From NCBI GenBank assembly GCA_004356735.1, contig SMWR01000072.1, forward strand, positions 1 through 49,385: 49,385 nt of DNA, written 5' to 3'. Of this stretch, positions 35,726 to 47,070 are shown in pieces (the first letter of the stretch is position 1; each line of letters starts with the position of its first letter). The stretch comes from Deltaproteobacteria bacterium. GTDB taxonomy: Bacteria; Myxococcota_A; UBA9160; SMWR01. Below the pieces are notes generated by a model. The model was not told where the DNA came from. It searched no databases and was given only the letters and a program-made list of their open reading frames with translations. The translations under genes were made by a program, and so were the position numbers.

Positions 35726-35742
35726 GGGTGAACGCTCACCCC
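35726..35742 (+). promoter_or_regulatory. copy 2 of the 17-nt palindromic motif GGGTGAACGCTCACCCC
   Basis: Lies in the 127-nt spacer between the HK-fusion stop (35695) and the EBP start (35823), flanked by inverted GGGGACGTTG.. / ..CCAACGTCCCC arms (35700-35709 / 35782-35795). Confidence 0.6.
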
Positions 35743-35822
35743 GCTTGACGCTCCGTGGAACTTCCCCCGTTGTCGGGTAACACCACCAACGTCCCCACGC
35801 TGCGTTATCTTGACGGCTGCCC

Positions 35823-37199
<1,377 letters not shown>

Positions 37200-37229
37200 C
37201 CGGCCGATCCCGGACCCGCGTTCCCCCTC

Positions 37230-37285
37230 GTGCACCGGCGGTCATGCCGGTCCGCGCGTGCACCGGCGGTCACGCCGGCCCGGTC
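37230..37285 (+). repeat. two tandem 28-bp repeats, candidate enhancer (UAS) for the sigma-54 promoter at 37473
   Basis: GTGCACCGGCGGTCATGCCGGTCCGCGC / GTGCACCGGCGGTCACGCCGGCCCGGTC (24/28 identical). Each contains the inverted repeat CCGGC-N7-GCCGG. They lie 190-245 bp upstream of the -24 box. An AT-rich patch (about 37311-37350) lies between them and the promoter. Confidence 0.55.
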
Positions 37286-37472
37286 CGGGTGTTCCGATCG
37301 GAACAGGTCGGAAAAGTCAATTATTGCAGTGAGTTATCTTGAATTCTTGGATCCTCCGTACACATCGGAACAGCTGCCGCCTGTGTCGGCCACATCACGA
37401 GCCGTCGCCCAAACGTCCCAGACTCCTTGAATTTCAAGCGCTTGAGACGCTGCCTGCTGGTTTTCCTGCGGC

Positions 37473-37488
37473 TGGCACAGGCCTTGCT
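37473..37488 (+). promoter_or_regulatory. sigma-54 (RpoN) -24/-12 promoter
   Basis: TGGCAC-AGGCC-TTGCT is an exact TGGCAC-N5-TTGCW consensus. Its -12 element (37484-37488) ends 44 nt upstream of ATG 37532. Confidence 0.8.
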
Positions 37489-37531
37489 CTAGAGATCCGC
37501 GAAGCGGCGGGAAAAACCATCGAGGCACCCC

Positions 37532-38722
37532 ATGGCAGATCGAGACCGACGACCCACGATCCTGGTGGCCGACGACGAGCGCGGGCCGCGCGAGTCGCTG
37601 CGCATGATCCTGGAACCCACTCACAAAGTTCTCCAGGCCGAGAGCGGAGTGGAAGCGCTCGAGATCCTCCGCACCGAGTCCGTCGATCTGCTCACTCTCG
37701 ATCTCAACATGCCCGGCATGAAGGGCGAGGAAGTGATGCGCACGGTTCGGGCCGAGTATCCGAACGTCGAGATCATCGTGATCACGGGCTGCGGCACGGT
37801 CGAGAGTGCTGCGGAAGGCGTCCGCTACGGGATCTGCGATTACCTTCAGAAGCCATTCGACGTTGTGGCGGTAACGGCGGCCGTGATGCGCGCTCTGATA
37901 CGACGCCGTTCGCGTTCGCGGCTGACGAGCTTCCTGGAAGAACTCGGACAGGTGATGGGCCGCGACACCGACGTGCATCGGCTGCTGGGTGACGTGGAGA
38001 AGAGCCAGAAGCTCCGCGGTCGCCTGGCCGGACTCTTCAGCGAGAGCGGCGGGCCCGGCCCGGACGAAAAAGCCCAGAATGAGCGGGCGCGCAGCGTCGA
38101 GTTCCTCGAGGTTCTGGCCGAGACGATCGAGACCAAGGACCGCTTCATGCGCGGCCACGCCCGGCGCGTCGCCTTCTACGCAAGCCTGATGGCCGACCGC
38201 CTGAATCTCGGCGCCCAGGAGCGGGAAGAGGTCCGCATGGCGGCCTTCCTCCACGACCTGGGCAAGGTCGGTGTGCCAACTGACCTGCTGCTCTGTACAA
38301 CCGCGCTCACACCGGAAGAACGCACCATCGTTGAGGAGCATCCGATCATCGGCGCGCGACTCGTGAAGCCCCTCGACATCCCGACGTCGATCGGGCTGGC
38401 GATCCACCATCACCACGAATGGTGGGATGGCACGGGTTATCCCGATGGGCTGGCCGGCGAGGAGATCCCGCTGACGGCGCGGATCATCGGCGTCGTCGAC
38501 GCCTTCGACGCCATGAACTCGGACCGCCCCTATCGACGGGCGCTCGACCGGACGCTCGTGATCGCCGAGCTCGAACGTTGCGGCGGGACGCAGTTTGACC
38601 CGGTCCTCGCCAAGGAGTTCGTGGTGCTCCTGGAGACTGGCGTCTGCGATCTGGACCCGGCGCTGCTGGCGAACCTGGTCGGCGACACAGACCGCGCCCG
38701 TACGGCAACGACATCACAGTAG
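37532..38722 (+). CDS. response regulator with HD-GYP domain (RpfG-like c-di-GMP phosphodiesterase)
   Basis: Receiver: ILVADDERGPRE..LTLDLNMPGMKG..LQKPF. HD-GYP: RGHARRVA..FLHDLGKVGVP..EEHPIIG..IHHHHEWWDGTGYPDGL..DAFDAMNSDRPYR. Confidence 0.92.
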   Translation: MADRDRRPTILVADDERGPRESLRMILEPTHKVLQAESGVEALEILRTESVDLLTLDLNMPGMKGEEVMRTVRAEYPNVEIIVITGCGTVESAAEGVRYGICDYLQKPFDVVAVTAAVMRALIRRRSRSRLTSFLEELGQVMGRDTDVHRLLGDVEKSQKLRGRLAGLFSESGGPGPDEKAQNERARSVEFLEVLAETIETKDRFMRGHARRVAFYASLMADRLNLGAQEREEVRMAAFLHDLGKVGVPTDLLLCTTALTPEERTIVEEHPIIGARLVKPLDIPTSIGLAIHHHHEWWDGTGYPDGLAGEEIPLTARIIGVVDAFDAMNSDRPYRRALDRTLVIAELERCGGTQFDPVLAKEFVVLLETGVCDLDPALLANLVGDTDRARTATTSQ

Positions 38723-38742
38723 CCAGGGGGAGGAGCAAAGAC

Positions 38743-39129
38743 ATGGCAGCGAACACCGAACCTCTCGCCTTCTCGTTGGATGCAGTCCGACCGCAGCGCA
38801 TCCGGTGCGAGCCGCGTGCCGACACGGTCCGTATCGTTCACTACACACGCTTCCCGCGCATGGGCCCTGACTCGGCGTGGCGCGTCGGCTTCAGCCGCGA
38901 TCTGTCGGCCTATGGCCTCTGCATCGGCGCGGACGATCCGGAGGGACCGGGAAGCCTGCTGCGCGTGATCATCCGCGAGATCGACGGCCGTGCGACGCGA
39001 CCCAGCATCGTCCGGGTGGCCTGGTGCGCCGAAGCCGGAGACGACCGCTACTGGATCGGGCTCGAGCAGCTCACGGTCGGCCCCACCGCGGCCCGGGAAA
39101 CAGGCAACGCAGTCGATGCTTCGCTTTGA
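38743..39129 (+). CDS. PilZ-domain-like protein (128 aa)
   Basis: RIRCEPR (RxxxR), then 29 residues later DLSAYG (DxSxxG), the two c-di-GMP-binding PilZ motifs at normal spacing. Strong SD GGGGGAGGAG 7 nt before the ATG. Starts 20 nt after the HD-GYP gene stop. Confidence 0.65.
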   Translation: MAANTEPLAFSLDAVRPQRIRCEPRADTVRIVHYTRFPRMGPDSAWRVGFSRDLSAYGLCIGADDPEGPGSLLRVIIREIDGRATRPSIVRVAWCAEAGDDRYWIGLEQLTVGPTAARETGNAVDASL

Positions 39130-39490
39130 CCAAGGGGGGCGTTCGAGGAGGTCCCGGGCAGGGAACACCTGGGGCCTCCTCGAAACCTTGACCCGAAGCG
39201 CCACGCTTTCACCCTGGGGAAACTGCGGCGGGCATCGAGCGACTGCTCGAGGCCTCCCGGTCCATCCCCTGGTCAGAACTCCCGAGCCGGCACAAGTGAG
39301 ATGAGAGGTTGGACAGTCCTGGGGTGATCGAAGGGGCCCCGCACCGCATCACGGGGCCTCTTCGACATCCTCGCCAACGCCTCATCGGTCGGGCGCCGGG
39401 ACCGGGGTTGAGGCCGAGTGCGTGCCGGCGGCGGCGCCTGATCGAACCCGATCGGGACTTCCAGAGTCTGATCGGAAGGACTCCTGGGGC

Positions 39491-39541
39491 GCAGCTGCGG
39501 GCGAGCCGGCCTCCAGCCGGCTCGCCCGCAGCTGCGTTTTT
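39491..39541 (+). terminator. strong Rho-independent terminator (20-bp perfect stem, 5-nt loop, T5 tail)
   Basis: GCAGCTGCGGGCGAGCCGGC-CTCCA-GCCGGCTCGCCCGCAGCTGC followed by G-TTTTT (39537-39541). Ends 20 nt upstream of the tatA/B ATG. Confidence 0.85.
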
Positions 39542-39560
39542 GGGGCTAATCTCTGCCTCG

Positions 39561-39860
39561 ATGTTTGGCATCGGGATGACGGAGCTGATGGTGATCCTCG
39601 TGATCGCCCTGCTGGTACTGGGGCCCAAGCGGCTGCCCGAGATGGCGCGGTCGCTCGGCAAGGGTCTCACCGAGTTCCGCCGTGCTTCCGGGGACTTGCG
39701 CCGGGAGTTCACGGCCGTTGCCGACCAAGCCCGGATCGACCCCGCGGACCTGAACTCGGACGAAGACACGGCCTCGAACGGGGACAGGCCGGCTGGCGAG
39801 ACGGCTGCCCCCGCGAAGACACCGGCGGAGACGGAGCCCCAGACTCCCAGCGATGGATGA
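39561..39860 (+). CDS. tatB: twin-arginine translocase TatA/TatB family subunit
   Basis: MFGIGMTELMVILVIALLVLGPKRLPEMARSLGKGL, then an amphipathic region and an acidic tail. The N-terminus looks more TatB-like (MF.IG..EL, GP.RLP). Overlaps the tatC start by 8 nt. Confidence 0.85.
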   Translation: MFGIGMTELMVILVIALLVLGPKRLPEMARSLGKGLTEFRRASGDLRREFTAVADQARIDPADLNSDEDTASNGDRPAGETAAPAKTPAETEPQTPSDG

Positions 39861-40614
39861 CGCCAAGCTCCCCCTGATCGACCACCTGGCGGAGCTGCGC
39901 GCCCGGATCTTCAAGGTCCTGATCGCGTGTGTCATCGGCACCGCCCTTGCGTGGAACTTCAAGGAAGACATCTTCGGCTTCCTGATGAAGCCCGCGGTTG
40001 CCGCGCTTGGCGATGAGGCGGGCAAGCTTCAAGCGATCGCGCCGACCGAGATCTTCTTCACCTACGTGAAGTGCGCGCTTCTCACGGGCGTGGTCTTCGC
40101 GCTGCCCGTGATCTTCTGGCAGGCCTGGTCGTTCGTGGCACCCGGTCTCTACCCGGGCGAAAAGCGCGCCGTGATGCCCTTCGTGCTCTGCTCGACCCTG
40201 CTCTTCGCCGGGGGCGCCGTTTTCGGCTACTCGATGGTGTTCCCGCTGATGTTCGACTTCCTGACCGGGTTCGACAGCGAGTTCGTGGTCTCCGCCTGGA
40301 CCATGCGCGAGGTCTTCGCGATCACGACGCGCCTCTTCCTGGCATTCGGCGTGGCCTTCGAGCTGCCGGTGCTCGTCTTCTTCCTGTCGGTGGCCGGGAT
40401 CGTCGACGCTCCGACGCTGTTTCGCGGCACGCCCTATGCCGTGCTGATCATCTTCGTCACCGCAGCGCTCCTGACACCGCCCGACTGGGTCAGCCAGGTC
40501 TTCCTGGCCGTGCCCATGATCGGACTCTATCTGCTCGGCGTGGGCGTGGCCTGGGCATTCGGCGGTAATCGCCGACGTGAGCGCGCAGAGGACGAAGCAA
40601 CCGAGCGCTCCTAG
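39853..40614 (+). CDS. tatC: twin-arginine translocase subunit TatC
   Basis: LIDHLAELRARIFKVLI..., six hydrophobic segments, LLTPPDWVSQ motif. Confidence 0.92.
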   Translation: MDDAKLPLIDHLAELRARIFKVLIACVIGTALAWNFKEDIFGFLMKPAVAALGDEAGKLQAIAPTEIFFTYVKCALLTGVVFALPVIFWQAWSFVAPGLYPGEKRAVMPFVLCSTLLFAGGAVFGYSMVFPLMFDFLTGFDSEFVVSAWTMREVFAITTRLFLAFGVAFELPVLVFFLSVAGIVDAPTLFRGTPYAVLIIFVTAALLTPPDWVSQVFLAVPMIGLYLLGVGVAWAFGGNRRRERAEDEATERS

Positions 40615-40731
40615 TCCGTGCCCCGTCGCTCAACGCCCGAGTGGATGAGCCGGTCACTCCTTCCGCACTCGCAGCAGCTGTCGTCGGCCATCGTGAGGCT
40701 CTCCATCAGCGAAACCGTGAGCCCGTCGTCG

Positions 40732-41262
40732 TCACAACGACTCTTGCTCCGGGTGTGGATCGACGGTGAACAGATTCGTGCCGGCCTCAACGGTATCGCC
40801 TTCGGCGACGCTCACCTGCTTCACGACGCCGTCGATGGGAGACGGGATCTCGTTCTCCATCTTCATCGCCTCGACGATCATGACGCCCTCGCCCTCGGTC
40901 ACCTCGGCGCCCACCTCGACATTGATCTTCACGACCTTGCCCGGTATTTCGGCCTCGACGGTCTGGGGGCCGCTGGCCACGGTCTTGGCGGAACCGGCCA
41001 GTAGCCGGGTGCGCTCGTCCACCGATTCCAGGTGGAAGATGCGGCCACCCACCAGCACGTCAAAGCCGTGGGCCCCCTTCTCGTCGACCATGGCCTCGAA
41101 CTGCTGGCCGTCTTCGATGATCGAGTAGATGGTGAGTCCGCTCTTGACGACGTCCACGTGGACGGTCATGCCGTCGATGGTGACTTCGAACAGGCCCTCT
41201 CCGGTCTCGGTCAGGCCGATGCGAAGGGTTTCCCCCTGCTTCTCGGAGACCTCGTAGTTCAT
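40732..41262 (-). CDS. biotin carboxyl carrier (biotin/lipoyl attachment domain) protein of an acyl-CoA carboxylase
   Basis: C-terminal GEGVMIVEAMKMENEIPSPIDGVV (biotinyl-lysine motif EAMKM). ATGA overlap with the biotin carboxylase stop. Confidence 0.85.
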   Translation of the reverse strand: MNYEVSEKQGETLRIGLTETGEGLFEVTIDGMTVHVDVVKSGLTIYSIIEDGQQFEAMVDEKGAHGFDVLVGGRIFHLESVDERTRLLAGSAKTVASGPQTVEAEIPGKVVKINVEVGAEVTEGEGVMIVEAMKMENEIPSPIDGVVKQVSVAEGDTVEAGTNLFTVDPHPEQESL

Positions 41263-42791
41263 CGCAGGCTTCCCCGCAGCTGGGCGCGCCGGGCGAAGTC
41301 GGTCCACGGATCGCCGCCGCCGCCGCTCTTGGACTTTTGCGCCGTTGACGCCCGCCGCTTGTCCCGCTGGTAGGCCGCGATGGCGGCCAGCATGAAGGCC
41401 ACGCGCCGGGTCTCCGGGTCGTTTTGCGCCTGTAGCTCGTCGCCGCCCTTGCCGCCGTCCATGTGGTCGTCGATGAAGCCTGTGTCGTATTTGCCTTCCA
41501 GGAAGATCGGGTGACGCATCACCATCTGGTGGAAGGGGATCGACGTCTTGATGCCCTTGACCACGAACTCAGACAAGGCCCGCTTCAGGCGATCGATCGC
41601 TTCGGCCCGGTCGGAGCCCCAGGCGATGAGCTTGGCCACCATCGGGTCATAGTGCACGGTCACCGTCGCGCCGTGATGGACGCCCGAGTCGACACGGATG
41701 CCAATGCCACCGGCCGGTCGGTAGACGATGATCTCACCCGGCGACGGCACGAAGCCGTTGTCTGGGTCCTCGGCGTAGATGCGCGCCTCGATCGCGTGGC
41801 CCGTGATCTTCACGTCCTGCTGCTCGATGCCCAACGGATCGCCTGCGGCGACCCGGATCATGGCCTTCACGATGTCGATGCCCGTGATGGCCTCGGTGAT
41901 GGCGTGTTCGACCTGGATACGCGTATTCATCTCGAGGAAGTAGAAGTCGTCGTTCTTGTCGACCAGGAACTCACAGGTGCCGGCGCCCACGTAGCCCACA
42001 GACTGGACCGCGGTGACAGCGGCCTTGCCCATCCGTTCCCGAAGCTCGGGCGTGATTCCGTTGCCGGGCGCCTCTTCGATCACCTTCTGATGGCGACGCT
42101 GAATCGAGCACTCGCGCTCGAACAGGTGGATCGTGTTGCCGTGGGAGTCGGCCAGGATCTGGATCTCGATGTGGCGCGGCTGGTCGATGAACTTCTCGAC
42201 GTAGATCGAGTCGTTGCCGAACGAGGACCTGGCCTCACTGCGGGCCCGGGCGATCGACTGCTCCAGGTCGCCTTCTTCGCGCACCAGGCGCATGCCCTTG
42301 CCGCCACCGCCGGCACTGGCCTTTACCATCACCGGCAGACCGATCTCCTTGGAAAAAGCGATGGCCTCGGAATCCGAGAGCACCTGGGTCGTGCCGGGCA
42401 CGATCGGCACACCCGCCTTCTCCATGGTCTGGCGGGCCATCACCTTGTCGCCCATGGAGCGCATCACGTCTCCAGTGGGACCGATAAAGCCGATGCCTTC
42501 CTTCTCGCACAGATCGGCGAAGTCGCCGTTCTCGGCCAGGAAGCCGTAGCCCGGGTGGATGGCCTCAGCGCCGGACTGCTTGGCCAGATCGACCACGCGA
42601 TCCATCAGCAGGTAGCTGTCTCGCGCCGGCGGCGGGCCGACGTAATAGGCTTCGTTGGCGAAGCGGACGTGCAGGGCGTCCCGGTCGACATCTGAATAGA
42701 TCGCGACGGTCTCGATGCCCATCTCGCGACAGGCCCGGATCACCCGGACAGCGATCTCTCCGCGGTTGGCGATGAGAATTTTCTGGAACAT
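41259..42791 (-). CDS. accC: acetyl/propionyl-CoA carboxylase biotin carboxylase subunit
   Basis: [33 protein letters not shown]..., ATP-grasp GGGGKGMRLV, EMNTRIQVEH. About 60 aa of C-terminal extension relative to a classical AccC. Confidence 0.92.
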   Translation of the reverse strand: MFQKILIANRGEIAVRVIRACREMGIETVAIYSDVDRDALHVRFANEAYYVGPPPARDSYLLMDRVVDLAKQSGAEAIHPGYGFLAENGDFADLCEKEGIGFIGPTGDVMRSMGDKVMARQTMEKAGVPIVPGTTQVLSDSEAIAFSKEIGLPVMVKASAGGGGKGMRLVREEGDLEQSIARARSEARSSFGNDSIYVEKFIDQPRHIEIQILADSHGNTIHLFERECSIQRRHQKVIEEAPGNGITPELRERMGKAAVTAVQSVGYVGAGTCEFLVDKNDDFYFLEMNTRIQVEHAITEAITGIDIVKAMIRVAAGDPLGIEQQDVKITGHAIEARIYAEDPDNGFVPSPGEIIVYRPAGGIGIRVDSGVHHGATVTVHYDPMVAKLIAWGSDRAEAIDRLKRALSEFVVKGIKTSIPFHQMVMRHPIFLEGKYDTGFIDDHMDGGKGGDELQAQNDPETRRVAFMLAAIAAYQRDKRRASTAQKSKSGGGGDPWTDFARRAQLRGSLR

Positions 42792-44341
42792 CAGAGCGGA
42801 ATGTTGCCATGTTTCTTGGGAGGGTTGGCATCACGCTTCTTGCCGAGCATGTCGAGAGCCTGGATCACCTTGAGGCGTGTCTCCTCGGGCCGAATCACCT
42901 CATCGATGTAGCCCAGCTCGGCCGCCTTGTACGGGTTCGCAAAGTTCTCGCGGTAGTCCTCTGCGAGTTCCTTGTGTCGAGAATCCGGATCTTTGGCATT
43001 CTTCAGTTCGTTCCGGAACACGATCTTCACGGCACCGTCGGGTCCCATCACGGCCAGCTCTGCCGTCGGGTAGGCCAGGTTGATGTCGGCCCGGGTGTGC
43101 TTGCTGCTCATGACCACGTAGGCGCCGCCGTAGGCCTTGCGCGTGATGATCGTGATGCGCGGCACCGTGGACTCGCAGAAGGCATACAGCAGCTTCGCGC
43201 CGTGCTTGATGATTCCGCCGTGCTCCTGGTCGACACCGGGCAGGAAGCCGGGTACGTCGACGAAGGTAATGATTGGGATGTTGAAGGCATCGCAGAAGCG
43301 CACGAAGCGCGCTCCTTTCGTGGAGCACTTGATGTCGAGCACGCCGGCCCGATGTGCGGGCTGATTCGCCACGATGCCGACCGAGCGGCCTCCGAAGCGC
43401 GCGAAACCGATTACCAGGTTCTTGGCATGAAGTGGGGCGACCTCGAAAAAGTTGCTGTCGTCGACGACGAGCCGAAGCAGCTCCTTGATGTCGTAGGGCT
43501 TGTTCGGGTTGTCGGGCACCAAGGTCCGCAGCGCCGGATCCTGTCGGTCCGCCGGATCGTCGGTCTCGACGAAAGGCGGATCCTCCATGTTGTTCTGGGG
43601 GATGAATGAAAGCAGCCGCCGCGTGAGCTGGATGCATTCTTCTTCGCTGTCCGCGGCGAAGTCGGCCACCGAGCTCTTCGTCGCGTGGGTGAGGGCACCG
43701 CCGAGCTCCTCAGCCGTCACCTCCTCGTGGGTCACCGTCTTGATGACGTCGGGCCCCGTGATCATCATGTGGCTGGTGTTCTTCACCATCAGGATGAAGT
43801 CGGTCATGGCCGGGCTGTAGACGGCGCCCCCCGCGCACGGTCCCATGATGAGCGAAATCTGGGGGATCACACCGGACTGCAACACGTTGCGCAGGAACAC
43901 ATCGCCATAGCCACCGAGCGATGCCACGCCCTCCTGGATGCGAGCCCCGGCGCCATCGTTGAGCCCGATGACCGGGCCACCCGCCTTGGCCGCCAGGTCC
44001 ATCACCTTGCAGATCTTTTCGGCGAAGGCTCCCGACAGGCTGCCGCCAAAGACGGTGAAATCCTGGGCGAAGGCGAAGACCTGTCGGCCCTCGACCTTGC
44101 CGTAGCCGGTAATGACACCATCGCCCAGGATCTTCTGTTCGTCCATCTCGAAATCGGTGCAACGGTGGACGACGAACTTATCGATCTCGACGAAGCTGCC
44201 GGGGTCGAACAACAGCTCGACACGCTCGCGAGCCGTAAGCTTCCCCGCCGCATGCTGGCGCTCGATGCGCGCCTCGCCGCCGCCGAGCAGCGCCTTCGCG
44301 TTCATCTCTTCGAGCTTCTTGAGCCTCTCATCGATGGACAT
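42791..44341 (-). CDS. pccB: acyl-CoA carboxylase carboxyltransferase (beta) subunit, propionyl-CoA carboxylase type
   Basis: [33 protein letters not shown]-like, [57 protein letters not shown] 44341 with GAGGAA upstream. Confidence 0.9.
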   Translation of the reverse strand: MSIDERLKKLEEMNAKALLGGGEARIERQHAAGKLTARERVELLFDPGSFVEIDKFVVHRCTDFEMDEQKILGDGVITGYGKVEGRQVFAFAQDFTVFGGSLSGAFAEKICKVMDLAAKAGGPVIGLNDGAGARIQEGVASLGGYGDVFLRNVLQSGVIPQISLIMGPCAGGAVYSPAMTDFILMVKNTSHMMITGPDVIKTVTHEEVTAEELGGALTHATKSSVADFAADSEEECIQLTRRLLSFIPQNNMEDPPFVETDDPADRQDPALRTLVPDNPNKPYDIKELLRLVVDDSNFFEVAPLHAKNLVIGFARFGGRSVGIVANQPAHRAGVLDIKCSTKGARFVRFCDAFNIPIITFVDVPGFLPGVDQEHGGIIKHGAKLLYAFCESTVPRITIITRKAYGGAYVVMSSKHTRADINLAYPTAELAVMGPDGAVKIVFRNELKNAKDPDSRHKELAEDYRENFANPYKAAELGYIDEVIRPEETRLKVIQALDMLGKKRDANPPKKHGNIPL

Positions 44342-44369
44342 GGGGGGATGTTCCTCGCGTTTCGAGGTT

Positions 44370-45656
44370 CTACATGTTGGAGAGGATGGCACTCGTCTTG
44401 CTCAGCTGGTGGCCGTATTCGACAATGTCGATCTTCCGGCGAGCGACACCCGAGTCCATCGCAGCCTGGGCGACTGCGGGAACCACGTAAGTCAGGAGCC
44501 TGGGATCAAACGGCTTCGGAATCAGGTAGTTGGGGCCAAGCTCGAAGTTCTCGTTGCCGTAGGCATCGCGCACGATCTGGGGAACGACCTTGCCCCGCTT
44601 GGCCAGCTCGGCGAGCGCCCGCGCACACGCAACCTTCATGGGCTCGTTGATCCTGCTAGCCTGGACATCGAGCGCGCCGCGGAAGATGAACGGGAAGCCC
44701 AGCACGTTGTTCACCTGGTTCGGGTAGTCCGAGCGCCCGGTGGCGACGATGGCGTCGTCGCGGACTTGGCGGACCTGGTCGGGCGTGATCTCGGGGTCCG
44801 GGTTCGCCATGGCGAAGATGATGGGTTTCGGCGCCATGCTGCGAACCATGTCGGCGGTCACCAGACCGGCCTGGGAGAGGCCGCAGAACACATCAGCGTT
44901 CTTGATCGCTTCGGCCAGGGTGCGAGCTGAAGTCTTGTGCTGGAACTCGGCCTTGTACTTGTTGATGGCCGCAGTGCGTCCTTCGTAGATCACGCCGTGG
45001 CTATCGCACAGGATCATGTTCTCGACCGGGACGCCCAGGCCGCGGTAGAAGCGGGCACAGCCGATGCCGGCGGCGCCGGCGCCCGAGAAGACGATCCGGA
45101 TCTCTTCGAGCTGCTTGCCCGTGATCTCCAGGGCGTTCAGCAGGGCGGCGCCGGAGATGATGGCGGTGCCGTGTTGATCGTCGTGAAAGACCGGGATGTC
45201 GAGGCTCTCGATCAGGCGTTCCTCGATCTCGAAGCACTCAGGGGAGCGGATGTCTTCCAGGTTGATCCCGCCGAACGTCGGCGCGATGCACTCGATGGTG
45301 CGGACGATCTCATCCACGTCCTGACTGTCGAGCTCGATGTCAAAGACATCGACGTCTGCGAAGCGCTTGAACAGAACGGCCTTGCCTTCCATCACCGGCT
45401 TGCCGGCCAAGGCGCCGATGTTGCCGAGGCCGAGCACGGCACTGCCGTTGCTGACCACGCACACCAGATTGCCCTTGATGGTGTAATCGTAGGCACGCGA
45501 CGGATCCTTGGCGATCTCGCGGCAGGGCTCCGCCACGCCGGGGGTATACGCCAGCGCGAGATCCTCCTGGGTCTCCGTGGGCTTGGTCGGCACGACCTTG
45601 AGCTTCCCCGGTCGGCCCTCACGGTGGTAGGCGAGGGCCTGCTCTCTGGTGATCAC
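44370..45656 (-). CDS. NAD(P)-dependent malic enzyme, short form (no phosphotransacetylase-like domain)
   Basis: [72 protein letters not shown]. Confidence 0.9.
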   Translation of the reverse strand: MITREQALAYHREGRPGKLKVVPTKPTETQEDLALAYTPGVAEPCREIAKDPSRAYDYTIKGNLVCVVSNGSAVLGLGNIGALAGKPVMEGKAVLFKRFADVDVFDIELDSQDVDEIVRTIECIAPTFGGINLEDIRSPECFEIEERLIESLDIPVFHDDQHGTAIISGAALLNALEITGKQLEEIRIVFSGAGAAGIGCARFYRGLGVPVENMILCDSHGVIYEGRTAAINKYKAEFQHKTSARTLAEAIKNADVFCGLSQAGLVTADMVRSMAPKPIIFAMANPDPEITPDQVRQVRDDAIVATGRSDYPNQVNNVLGFPFIFRGALDVQASRINEPMKVACARALAELAKRGKVVPQIVRDAYGNENFELGPNYLIPKPFDPRLLTYVVPAVAQAAMDSGVARRKIDIVEYGHQLSKTSAILSNM

Positions 45657-45815
45657 GGTCGGTCCTCTTCACGTCGGGGCCGCGATTGTCAGGGCGGCGT
45701 TGGCGAGCGGGGAAGTCTATCAGATCGCGCCACCCCTCGCCGCGTTGCAAAACCTTTGATTCCAACGGTTTGACCCAAGTCGCCCGCGCCCGCCACAGGC
45801 TGGCGCGATCGGCCA

Positions 45816-46955
45816 TCACCCCCGCAGAAGCTCGCGAGCGATCACGAGTCGTTGGATCTGATTGGTGCCCTCGTAGATCTGCATCAGCTTCGCATCCCGC
45901 ATCAGCTTCTCGACCGGATACTCCTTGGTGTAGCCGTTGCCCCCAAAGACCTGGACGGCATCGGTCGTCACCCGCATGGCCATGTCCGTGGCAAAACACT
46001 TGGCGATCGACGAATTCTTGGAGGCACGCAGGCCCCGGTCGACCATCCACGCGCTCTGCATCGTGAGCAGCCGTGCCGCTTCGATCTCCTTGGCCATGTC
46101 GGCCAGCATGAACTGAACCGCCTGGAATGCGGCGATGGGCTGCCCGAAGGCCTTGCGTTCGCGAGCGTAGGCGACCGATTCCTCCATGGCGCGCCGGGCG
46201 ATCCCGGTGGCAAGGGCCGCGATCGGGGGCCGCGTCCGATCGAGGCTGCGCATCGCCACCTTGAACCCTTCGCCCTCTGCACCGAGTCGTTGGGTCGCGG
46301 GTACGCGAACGCCGTCGAAATGGATGACACGCGTGTCACTGGCCCGTTGACCCATCTTGTCTTCCTTCTTCCCGTGGGAGATGCCAGCCGCATCGGCCGG
46401 GACGATGAAGGCGCAGATCCCCTCGTGGCGGGTCGAGGAATCGAGGCGGGCGAACACCGTGTAGAGGTCGGCTTCGCCACCGTTGGTGATCCACGCCTTG
46501 CTGCCGTTGAGCAGATAGTCGTCGCCAACCTTCTCAGCCCTGAGTTGCATGCCGGCCACGTCGGATCCCGCGTTGGCTTCCGAGAGGCAGAAGGCGATCA
46601 GGGTGAACTCGGACGCGCACGCCGACAGCCACTCCTTCTTCTGGGCCTCGTTGCCCGCGACGATGATCGGCGTCAGCCCGAGATCGTTGGCCATGATCGA
46701 TGTGCCGAAGCCCGCGCAACCCCAGGCAATCTCTTCGGTGACAATGCAGCTGTCCATGGAGGACAGGCCTCCCCCGCCGTACTCTTCGGGAATCGTCGTG
46801 CTCGAGAAGCCCAGCTTCCAGGCTTTCTGGATGATCTCTCGGGGAAACTCACCACTCTGGTCGTAGCTGGCGGCGACCGGTGCGATTTCTTCCTGTGCGA
46901 AGCGGCGCGCCGCTTCTTGCAGTGCGAGCTGCTCGTCGGTCAGTCCGAACTCCAT
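45816..46955 (-). CDS. acyl-CoA dehydrogenase (short/medium-chain type)
   Basis: [26 protein letters not shown].., [57 protein letters not shown]. Confidence 0.92.
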   Translation of the reverse strand: MEFGLTDEQLALQEAARRFAQEEIAPVAASYDQSGEFPREIIQKAWKLGFSSTTIPEEYGGGGLSSMDSCIVTEEIAWGCAGFGTSIMANDLGLTPIIVAGNEAQKKEWLSACASEFTLIAFCLSEANAGSDVAGMQLRAEKVGDDYLLNGSKAWITNGGEADLYTVFARLDSSTRHEGICAFIVPADAAGISHGKKEDKMGQRASDTRVIHFDGVRVPATQRLGAEGEGFKVAMRSLDRTRPPIAALATGIARRAMEESVAYARERKAFGQPIAAFQAVQFMLADMAKEIEAARLLTMQSAWMVDRGLRASKNSSIAKCFATDMAMRVTTDAVQVFGGNGYTKEYPVEKLMRDAKLMQIYEGTNQIQRLVIARELLRG

Positions 46956-47053
46956 AGCTAACTCCGATTCATTTTTCGTCGAAACATCGACGAGTTGTGG
47001 AACCCAAGCACAGGCCTACCACGGGATCAAGCGGGGAGCCGCGAGCGGGGATC

Positions 47054-47070
47054 GGGTGAACGTTCACCCC
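47054..47070 (+). promoter_or_regulatory. copy 3 of the 17-nt palindromic motif GGGTGAACGTTCACCCC (16-bp perfect palindrome)
   Basis: About 100 nt upstream of the acyl-CoA dehydrogenase ATG (46955, minus strand). Sits inside a 32-bp segment bracketed by the 9-bp direct repeat GAGCCGCGA (47036-47044 and 47077-47085). Confidence 0.65.

Noticed and set aside
37230-37285. Tandem direct repeats at 33329-33372, 37230-37285 and 48163-48198 as CRISPR arrays.
   Set aside because: Each has only two adjacent copies, with no spacers and no cas genes.
39309-39560. N-terminal extension of the tatA/B ORF (track ORF 39309-39860).
   Set aside because: The extension is Arg/Pro-rich, spans the strong terminator hairpin, and precedes the canonical MFGIGMTEL start of Tat subunits.
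47054-47070. The 17-nt palindrome as a Rex (redox repressor) or CRP/FNR operator, which would fit the redox and acyl-CoA genes nearby.
   Set aside because: As I recall them, Rex sites are GTGAA-N4-TTCAC (for example TGTGAACGCGTTCACA) and CRP sites are TGTGA-N6-TCACA. Here the half-sites are GTGAA-CG-TTCAC, 2 bp closer together. The cognate factor is therefore left open.
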